Shown here piece after piece: positions 55,607-64,000 of a DNA stretch of 64,000 bases (position 1 is its first letter; each line of letters starts with the position of its first letter). The notes under the pieces are model-generated. The model worked only from the letters and a program-made list of their open reading frames with translations, was not told the DNA's origin and did not search any database. This DNA comes from an uncultured Acidimicrobiia bacterium (GTDB taxonomy: Bacteria; Acidobacteriota; Terriglobia; Versatilivoradales; Versatilivoraceae), in assembly GCA_963786955.1 (NCBI GenBank), contig CAWBAT010000005.1, positions 992,001 through 1,056,000 on the forward strand, written 5' to 3'. Made by a program: the position numbers and the translations under genes.

Positions 55607-55702
55607 TCGAGAGAGAAATGCGTTCATTGCTATAGACGCAATTCCTTACCAAAAAGACGAAGTAAAAATAAAAAAATTCCCTCGCTGCTCGCTTGCGTCA
55701 AA

Positions 55703-57180
55703 CTAAGCGATGATGGCTTTTATGGGACTGGCCGGTTCGACTCCAGTCAATCGCTGATTGAGGCCCAGGTATTTATAGCTGAACTTCTCGTGCTCGATCC
55801 CAAACTGATTTAGAATCGTCGCCTGCAAGTCCCGCACATGGACCGGATTGTTCACGATGTTGTAGGAAAACTCGTCAGTCTCCCCATACACTGTGCCCCC
55901 CTTGATCCCGCCCCCTGCCATCCACAAACTGAAGCAGCGGGGATGATGATCCCGGCCATAGTCCGTCGGTGTTAATTTCCCTTGCGAATAGATCGTTCGA
56001 CCAAACTCCCCTCCCCAAATGACCAGCGTGCTGTCCAGTAATCCGCGCGATTTGAGATCCTGCACTAACCCCCAGCAACCCTGATCGACATCTTTACACT
56101 GACTGGGTAGCACTTCCGGAAGGAAGTTGTGGACGTCCCAGCCTCGATGGTAGAGCTGCACAAAGCGGACGCCCCGTTCTACGAGTCGCCGGCCATCAAG
56201 CAACCGTTCGCAAAGGTTCCGCCTTTGCGGGCATCCTCCCCATAAAGTTCATAAGTGCTTTCAGGTTCTTTGGAAAGATCGGTCAATTCCGGAACAGAGG
56301 TCTGCATCCGGAAGGCCATCTCATACTGCGCAATACGCACTTGCGTCTCCGGATCCCCGATCTTTTCAAGTTCTAGATGGTTGAGTGCTCCGAGTCCGTC
56401 TAGCATCTGCCGTCTGATCTGAGGAGGAACCCCGTCCGGGTTATTGATATAAAGCACTGGATCACCGCCTGACCGAAGCGCCACTCCCGCATATTGCGCC
56501 GAGAGGAATCCGGCACTCCATAACCGGGCCGAAATCGCCTGCACGCCAGCCTTTGGATGAGAATGGGTGGCATTGAGGACGACAAAAGTCGGCAAGTCCT
56601 GGTTCATGCTGCCCAGACCATATGCAATCCAGGCCCCCATGCAGGGCTTCCCCGCGATCATGTTTCCCGTTTGTATAAACGTGATGGCCGGTTCGTGATT
56701 GATCGCTTCGGTGTGGACCGAGCGAATAATGGCCATGTCGTCTACCATCTTCGCCGTGTACGGCAATAGCTCCGAGACCCAAGCTCCACTCTGCCCGTGT
56801 TGCTGGAATTTGAATATGGACGGGGCAATTGGAAATCGACTCTGTCCCGCCGTCATCGTCGTCAGCCGCTGACCCTTGCGAATGGACTCCGGCAAATCCT
56901 TGTCATACCAGTCTTTCATCCCAGGCTTGTAGTCATAAAGATCGAGCTGCGGCGGCGCTCCCACCATATGCAGGTAAATCGCCCGCTTGGCTTTCGGCGC
57001 AAAGTGGGGAAGTCCGGGAACTCCTCCAACCGCTTGCGGCTTTGAAACACTTTCCGCCAGCGCATTGAGCACATTGTCACCCAGTAGGCTCGCCAGCGCT
57101 AAGCTACCCAAGCCCCGGCCGCTGCGCCCAAAAAATTGTCGCCGCGTTTCAACTAATACAGCTTGATCTATAGGATGCAT
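55703..57180 (-). CDS. DUF1501 sulfatase-like Tat-exported protein, copy 2; frameshift near 56190
   Basis: TRRQFF twin-arginine motif, [45 protein letters not shown]. Confidence 0.88.
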
Positions 57181-57202
57181 CGATCCCCCCCAAACATATC
57201 GA

Positions 57203-57244
57203 TTACTTGTTAAAGACTTCGTCCAAATTCATGACTTGGTTTGC
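57203..57244 (-). pseudogene. Relic 3' end of a second DUF1553 gene
   Basis: Encodes [13 protein letters not shown], nearly identical in DNA to 58854-58895. Confidence 0.8.
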
Positions 57245-57349
57245 TATTATGTCCAAACTCTAACCTATGATGCCGAAATCGGCAAACAAGAGGTATCCAT
57301 TTGCTCGGATTCGCAACTTTTTCGGCCCCACGATATTTCGCGGCAGTAA

Positions 57350-58828
57350 TCAAGCGATGATGGCTTTTATGGGACTGGCCGGTTCGACTCCTGTCAATCG
57401 CTGATTGAGGCCCAGGTATTTATAGCTGAACTTCTCGTGCTCGATCCCAAACTGATTTAGAATCGTCGCCTGCAAGTCCCGCACATGAACCGGATTGTTC
57501 ACGATGTTGTAGGAAAACTCGTCAGTCTCCCCATACACTGTGCCCCCTTTGATCCCGCCCCCTGCCATCCACAAACTGAAGCAGCGGGGATGATGATCCC
57601 GGCCATAGTCCGTCGGTGTTAATTTCCCTTGCGAATAGATCGTTCGACCAAACTCGCCTCCCCAAATCACCAGCGTGCTGTCCAGCAATCCGCGCGATTT
57701 GAGATCCTGCACCAACCCCCAGCAACCCTGATCGACATCCTTACACTGACTGGGCAACACTTCCGGAAGGTTTCCGTGGACGTCCCAGCCTCGATGGTAG
57801 AGTTGCACAAAGCGGACGCCCCGCTCCACCATGCGACGCGCCATCAGGCAGCTATAGGCAAAAGTCCCGCCTTTGCGGGCATCCTCCCCATAAAGTTCAT
57901 AAGTGCTTTCAGGTTCTTTGGAAAGATCGGTCAATTCCGGAACAGAGGTCTGCATCCGGAAGGCCATCTCATACTGCGCGATACGCACTTGCGTCTCCGG
58001 ATCCCCGATCTTTTCAAGTTCTAGATGGTTGAGTGCTCCGAGTCCGTCTAGCATCTGCCGTCTGATCTGAGGAGGAACCCCGTCCGGGTTATTGATATAA
58101 AGCACTGGATCACCGCCTGACCGAAGCGCCACTCCCGCATATTGCGCCGAGAGGAATCCGGCACTCCATAACCGGGCCGAAATCGCCTGCACATTTGCCT
58201 TAGGATTAGAATGAGTCGCATTGAGGACGACGAAAGTCGGCAAGTCCTGGTTCATGCTGCCCAGACCATAGGCAATCCAGGCCCCCATGCACGGTTTCCC
58301 CGCGATCATGGTTCCCGTTTGTATAAACGTGATGGCCGGTTCGTGGTTGATCGCTTCCGTGTGCACTGAACGGATAATCGCCATGTCATCTACCATCTTC
58401 GCCGTGTAGGGTAATAGCTCCGATACCCAAGCTCCACTCTGTCCGTGTTGCTGGAATTTGAAAATCGACGGGGCAATTGGAAATCGAGTCTGCCCAGCCG
58501 TCATTGTCGTCAATCGTTGGCCCTTGCGAATAGATTCGGGAAGGTCTTTGTCGTACCACTCTTTCAATCCCGGTTTGTAGTCGTAGAGATCAAGCTGCGG
58601 CGGCGCTCCTACCATATGCAGGTAGATCGCGCTCTTGGCTTTCGGGGCGAAATGGGGAAGTCCGGGAACCCCGCCTACCGCTTGCGGCTTGGCGACACTC
58701 TCTGCCAGCGCATTGAGCACATTGTCACCCAGCAGACTCGCTAGCGCCACGCTTCCCAGGCCCTTCGCACTCCGGCCAAAAAACTGGCGGCGGGTTTCAA
58801 CTAATACGGCTTCATCTATAGGATGCAT
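57350..58828 (-). CDS. DUF1501 sulfatase-like Tat-exported protein, copy 1
   Basis: Same motifs as copy 2, with an intact ORF. Confidence 0.92.
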   Translation of the reverse strand: MHPIDEAVLVETRRQFFGRSAKGLGSVALASLLGDNVLNALAESVAKPQAVGGVPGLPHFAPKAKSAIYLHMVGAPPQLDLYDYKPGLKEWYDKDLPESIRKGQRLTTMTAGQTRFPIAPSIFKFQQHGQSGAWVSELLPYTAKMVDDMAIIRSVHTEAINHEPAITFIQTGTMIAGKPCMGAWIAYGLGSMNQDLPTFVVLNATHSNPKANVQAISARLWSAGFLSAQYAGVALRSGGDPVLYINNPDGVPPQIRRQMLDGLGALNHLELEKIGDPETQVRIAQYEMAFRMQTSVPELTDLSKEPESTYELYGEDARKGGTFAYSCLMARRMVERGVRFVQLYHRGWDVHGNLPEVLPSQCKDVDQGCWGLVQDLKSRGLLDSTLVIWGGEFGRTIYSQGKLTPTDYGRDHHPRCFSLWMAGGGIKGGTVYGETDEFSYNIVNNPVHVRDLQATILNQFGIEHEKFSYKYLGLNQRLTGVEPASPIKAIIA

Positions 58829-58853
58829 CGATCCCCTCCCCAAAATACATTGC

Positions 58854-61800
58854 TTACTTGTTGAAGACTTCGTCCAAATTCATGACCTGGTTTGCCACCA
58901 TGGTCAAAGCGGCAACTTGCGGAACTGCAGCCGTCAAGTCTGCTTTGGACTCCCCAACCGACAACAGCTTCTGGGCATCTTCGGGATGCGAGTCATAATA
59001 AGCCAGAAATTCCTTATAGGCACGCTTGACGATCTCCCGTTCTTTTTCATCGAAAGGACGAGCCAGAAGTCGTGCCGACATAAAATCAATTTCACGGTCT
59101 AAATTACCGTTGGATTCCCGCAGGGCGCGCTGAGCAAGAGCCCGTGCCGCTTCTACAAACTGCGTGTCATTCATGGTCACTAAAGCCTGTAACGGCGTGT
59201 CTGTCCGTTCCCGACGCATCGTGCAAGTCTCCCGCGTCGGCGCATTGAAAATATCCATCGAAGCCGGAGGCGCACTGCGTTTCCAGAAGGTGTACATGCT
59301 CCGTCGATAGAGATCTTCGCCTTTGTCCTGCTTGTAGAAGCGGGTATTGCTTCCTATCATCGCGACGGTTTCCCACACTCCGTCAGGCTGGTAGGGTTTG
59401 ACACTCGGCCCGCCAATCTTTGGCACCAGCAGTCCACTGGCCGCTAAGGCATAGTCCCGGACCATCTCTCGCATCCATTCGGAATCGCGGCCCGCGTGAT
59501 AACAGTCGATTCTCCGGATCCACCTTCAGCTTCTCTTCCGTCGTCACCGCCGATTGCCGGTAGGTCGCCGAGGTCACCATCAACTTGAAAAACTTCTTGA
59601 TGTCCCAGCCCGATTCGCGAAACTCCACCGCCAGCCAGTCCAGCAGTTGCGGATGCGAGGGCGCCTGCCCCTGCGATCCAAAATCTTCCGCCGTCTTCAC
59701 CAATCCCGTCCCAAACAATTCCTGCCAGTACCGATTCACCGTGACCCGCGCCGTCAACGGATTCGACGGATCCACCAGCCACTGCGCTAGCCCTAGACGG
59801 TTCCGCGGGAACGATGCCGGCATCGGCGGCAACGCCGCCGGAACGCTCGGATCTACTTTCTCCCGCATCTGATCGTATTGCCCGCGAAATAGAATATGTG
59901 CCATGGGCTTCGTGTCCGACTTCTCTTCCATGACCAGCGTCACGGCGCTGCGCTCACGAATTTCACGTTTCTCGGCTTTCAACGCTTTGAGCCGGGCAGC
60001 CAGTTCGCGATACTTGGCATCTTCGAGGGTCAAGAAATAAAGATGGAATGCATCGCGTTCGGCCGCACTCCACTGGTCGGGTTGTTTTTCGCGTGCCAAC
60101 TCCATCATGAGCCAAAGCGACGCGAGCTGCCCTTCTTCAACGGAGATCGGACGCGTGAAAATACGAAGATCCGCAATGGCGCCACCTTGAAAGAAGAGCT
60201 TACCATTCCCGCCGACTAGCATTGGGGATTTTGTCCGAATCTCTCCCACGAGCTCAGTCGTTTGGTCGCCGGCCCCTTGGGTTGGGATGGCTCTGCCATT
60301 CAAGTAGAAACTGAGACCCGCCTGTTTTCGACTTCCATCGTAAGATACAGCCACATGATTCCATGTCCCTGGCTTCAATTGTTCTTGAAAACCCGCGACA
60401 ATGCTGACAGTTTTTCCTTCGTCGCCAATGAGTCGAAACGCCACCACGCGGGCCCCAATATCAATTCCCCAACCACGATTCTTGTCATCCGGATCCATCT
60501 GATATACGACTGCAAAATTATCCGACCCGGTCGGCTGGTAAATCCAGAGGGTCACAGAAAAGGGTTTATCAGCAGAAAAATAATCACTATTGGGAAGCTG
60601 CACTTGAGTGTTAGCCCCAAATTTGAGGGCCTTACTCCCGGGAATCCCTCCTTCACCGATAGTAATTCCTTCCGGAAGAGATACCGCACTCGTCTGCCCG
60701 TTCATTCTGAGATTAGCCTGTTCTCCGAAAGAGAAAGCGAGCAATTCCGCCGACGCTTCGAAAGGGGACTTCAACTGACGGTGGGCATTTGAACTGAGCC
60801 ATTGATCAAAAGCGCTGTCCGAGGAGATCCGTGCCTGCTGCATCTGGCTCTGCACTGTTAATTCTTCTTTGTTGAGCAGGTCCCAACGCACCTGGTCTTT
60901 TTCCCCGGGTACTACGATCGCCGGAGGTGTGTTAGGCGCGTTCCCATCCATGGCGTATTGTGTAGTATTCCGGAAGAAGGCCGTCATGGAATAGAAATCC
61001 TTCTGCGAGATCGGATCAAACTTGTGGTCATGACAGGTCGCGCACCCGACCGTTAATCCCAACCACACGGCCCCCGTCGTGTCCGCCCGGTCCTTCGCAT
61101 AAATCGCCTCCACCTCTTCTGCAATGACTCCCCCTTCGTTCGTCGTCACATTACAGCGCTGAAATCCCGACGCGATCTGCTGTTCCCTTGTCCGGTTGGG
61201 CAGCAAATCCCCCGCCAACTGCTCGATCGTAAACCGGTCAAACGGAAGATTCCGATTGTAGGCGGCGATCACCCAATCCCGATACGGCCACATCTCCCGA
61301 TAGTTGTCCACATGGATCCCGTGCGTGTCCGCATACCGCGCTGCATCCAGCCAATACCGCCCTCGATGCTCTCCCCAGCGCTCCGACGCCATCAGCCGAT
61401 CCACGAGCTTCTCGTAGGCCCCCTTCGTATTGTCTTTCACAAACGCTTCCACCTCTGCCGGCTCCGGCGGTAATCCCGTCAAATCCAACGACAGTCGCCG
61501 AATCAGCGTCCGCCGATCCGCCTCCGGCGCGGGTTTCAACCCGGCCGCCTCTAGTTTCGCCAGAATAAACTGATCCATCGGATTCCGTACCCAAGCCTTT
61601 TCTTTGACCGCCGGCAACTCCGGACGCACCGGCGCTGCGAACGACCAAAGCTCTTTCCACCCTGCTCCTTGCTCAATCCACTTCTTCAAGAGCTCGATCT
61701 GTTGCGGCGTCAGCGACTTGTGCGAAGATTCTGGCGGCATCTTTCGAGCCGGATCTTCCGCCGAAATCCGCTGGTATAGCAGACTCTCCTGGGGTTTCCC

Positions 61801-62058
61801 CGCCACGATCACCGTCCCGCTGTCCCGCACTTCATACGCCCCTTCTTTTGTGTCTAATCGCAAATCCATCATGCGCGTGTTCTTGTCCGGCCCGTGGCAC
61901 TGAAAACAGTTATCCGACAGGATCGGTCTTATGACCCGCTGAAAATCAACTCCTCCTGCCCCTGCCTTTACCACCGGTTGCTGAGCCATTTTGATCGAGC
62001 AAAAAAAGCAGGCCAGGAACAAAAAACAAAACCCGAGAGAACGAAGTACTGTTTTCAT
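58854..62058 (-). CDS. Planctomycete-type cytochrome c / DUF1549 (PSCyt2) / LamG / DUF1553 (PSD1) protein; frameshift near 59470
   Basis: CFQCH and CATCH haem motifs, [32 protein letters not shown] (LamG), [21 protein letters not shown]. Confidence 0.92.
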
Positions 62059-62461
62059 AGAATGCCTCACCTTGAAAACCTTAGACTGATCAAGACTTAT
62101 CCTCGCCATAGGTAATATATGATTTTACTAAATCGTTTCCCTCGTTGCAAGCCTATGGATAAATTTCGAAAGATTTGGGGGAATTCAATTTTTTGCCGGA
62201 TTGGATGGCTCCGTGGAGGAACTCCATGGGCAATTAGGATACCCACCAAGCAACGCCTTGAACGAAAAGCACCCCGGAAATCTAAAAAGCCATCGTGTAG
62301 GACCTTTTTCCGGTTATAATCTGTGCACTCCTTGGTTTTATCTGATGACTGCATCTGGCCTCAGGTTGCATTTCATTTAAAGAGCCAGAACCAAGAAGAA
62401 TCATTGCATAATGAAAATAAACGGTCTTAAAAAAGACCGTTTGAGAGAAGGGGCTATTCCA

Positions 62462-63538
62462 ATGAATAAAGGTAGAATCCAGGCGTTAATTCTCTTTATG
62501 TGTATCAGTGTCTTTCTCGTCAGCAAATTAAGTGCGCAAATGCCGTCTCAATGGAAAGCGCACGACCTGAACCGGCCACGCCCACCGATTGTAAAGCCAG
62601 GGACCCAGGCATTACCTGTCGCTCCGCCTTCGGACGCAGTGATTTTATTTGATGGAAAAGATCTTTCGAAATGGCGGAGTGAAGATGGCAGCCCGGCGAA
62701 ATGGGTTTCCGTCAACGGGTATATGGAGTCGGTGAAAGGGAGTGGTTATCTATTTACTCGCCAGAATTTCGGGGATATTCAGTTGCACGTGGAGTGGGCC
62801 ACGCCAACTCCTCCGTCGGGAACAAGTCAGGGACGCGGCAATAGCGGTGTTTTTCCAATGGGGCTTTACGAAATCCAGGTGTTGGATTCCTATCAAAACG
62901 ACACCTACCCGGATGGGCAGGCCGCGGCGGTTTATGGTCAGTATCCACCTCTGGTCAACGCTTGCTTACCGCCTGGGGAGTGGCAGTCTTTTGATATCGT
63001 ATTCCGACGACCCCGATTTGATGCCGACGGAAAGCTGCTTGAACCCGCGAAAGCCACCGTCTTCCAAAATGGCATTTTGGTCCAGGACAGCGCAAAACTG
63101 TGGGGGCCCACGACGTGGCTCCAGCATCTCCCCTATGAGCCTCATCCTGACAAGCTCCCTCTTTCTTTACAGGATCACGGCAATCCCGTCCGTTACCGGA
63201 ATATCTGGCTGCGTGAGCTTCCAGAATGGGTCGAGCCTGGCCCCACCAATCCTGCAACGGAGCCGGCTATTACTTTGCAACCGGCAGAACTAAATCGTTA
63301 TGTCGGTAAATATGAGTCGTCCAATGGCGACATTTATACTATTGCGCGCGAGGGACAACAGCTCTGGGCTCATTTCTACGGACCTGGTAAAGTGGAACTC
63401 GTGCCCCATTCGACGAGCAAGTTTTCTCTTCGATGGACGGCGGCTACTGTTACCTTTGATCTAAACGCCAATTCACTCCCCAAAGGGTTCACGATTGATA
63501 TTGGAGGGGAGCAACGTTACTCCAAGAAAGTTGAGTAA
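62462..63538 (+). CDS. DUF1080 (3-keto-disaccharide hydrolase-like) protein with a C-terminal DUF3471-like domain
   Basis: PSDAVILFDGKDL, FGDIQLHVEW, RGNSGVF, YEIQVLDS, LQDHGNPVRYRNIW; tail LNRYVGKY. Confidence 0.88.
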   Translation: MNKGRIQALILFMCISVFLVSKLSAQMPSQWKAHDLNRPRPPIVKPGTQALPVAPPSDAVILFDGKDLSKWRSEDGSPAKWVSVNGYMESVKGSGYLFTRQNFGDIQLHVEWATPTPPSGTSQGRGNSGVFPMGLYEIQVLDSYQNDTYPDGQAAAVYGQYPPLVNACLPPGEWQSFDIVFRRPRFDADGKLLEPAKATVFQNGILVQDSAKLWGPTTWLQHLPYEPHPDKLPLSLQDHGNPVRYRNIWLRELPEWVEPGPTNPATEPAITLQPAELNRYVGKYESSNGDIYTIAREGQQLWAHFYGPGKVELVPHSTSKFSLRWTAATVTFDLNANSLPKGFTIDIGGEQRYSKKVE

Positions 63539-63610
63539 ACTCGATAAGCCAGACGCGACCTGCGCCATTCTGCCTGGGTACAGCGTTTGTTTAGAACCAC
63601 GAGCAGGCGC

Positions 63611-64000
63611 TTACCCCCAGAACGGTTCCCCCGGCTCCATGTATTCCTTTAAGAAATCAGGGTTAATATCGAGACCCAGACCTGGTCCCATAGGGACCTG
63701 GAGCAAACTGTTTCTTACTACCGGTGGATTCGTGGCCGACATTTTTTCGGCAATCCGATCGGGCCACCCCAGCGGGCTCTCAGATCGGAAGAAATTATGT
63801 ACAGAGGCACCGAATTGGGCGGAGGCCATCGTGAGGACCAGGCTGCCCACATTATGCAAGGCTACCGGAGTACGGGTCATCGTCGCGTAGTCAGCGATTT
63901 TCTTGACGCCGGTGATCCCGCCAGCAAAAGCGAGATCGGGATGGATAAAGTCGACGGCCTGGTTATCAATAAAAGGCTTAAATCCTCTCAGCAGCTCAAG
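63611..64000 (-). CDS. Mandelate racemase/muconate lactonizing (enolase superfamily) enzyme, C-terminal part
   Basis: Open to the window edge: FKPFIDNQAVDFIHPDLAFAGGITGVKKIADYA...ALHN...PMGPGLGLDIN. Confidence 0.85.
   Translation of the reverse strand, partial: LELLRGFKPFIDNQAVDFIHPDLAFAGGITGVKKIADYATMTRTPVALHNVGSLVLTMASAQFGASVHNFFRSESPLGWPDRIAEKMSATNPPVVRNSLLQVPMGPGLGLDINPDFLKEYMEPGEPFWG

Overview
Bacterial chromosomal window, about 52% GC by eye. Gene content points to Acidobacteriota: carboxypeptidase-regulatory-like repeat protein, DUF4388, planctomycete-type DUF1549/DUF1553 cytochrome c plus DUF1501, DUF1080, and an ECF sigma/anti-sigma cluster. Most of it is housekeeping or metabolic: AsmA, nuclease-fused DinG/Rad3 helicase, cysE, dapB/dapA/dapD, an Fe3+-type ABC transporter with an ArgH-like lyase, methylmalonyl-CoA mutase, pepD, OPT transporter, ribD/ribE/ribBA, ftsY, HD-GYP sensor and ilvBN. 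About 20 genes, including essential ones, carry single-base frameshifts, which suggests an unpolished long-read assembly rather than pseudogenisation. The standout is a three-layer nested non-coding element at 46136-47029. A 761-nt ORF-less group II intron (minus strand, GTGCG...AT ends, intact DV/DVI) has an EBS1 loop (UAGGC) complementary to the conserved GTAG end of a REP palindrome. It sits exactly in that GTAG, and the REP doublet itself lies inside a 127-bp MITE with 25-bp terminal inverted repeats and TAA direct repeats. A second, intron-free TIR-REP-REP-TIR element is at 10442-10565. I saw no rRNA, tRNA, CRISPR array or recognisable riboswitch. All family calls come from motif recognition, not database searches.
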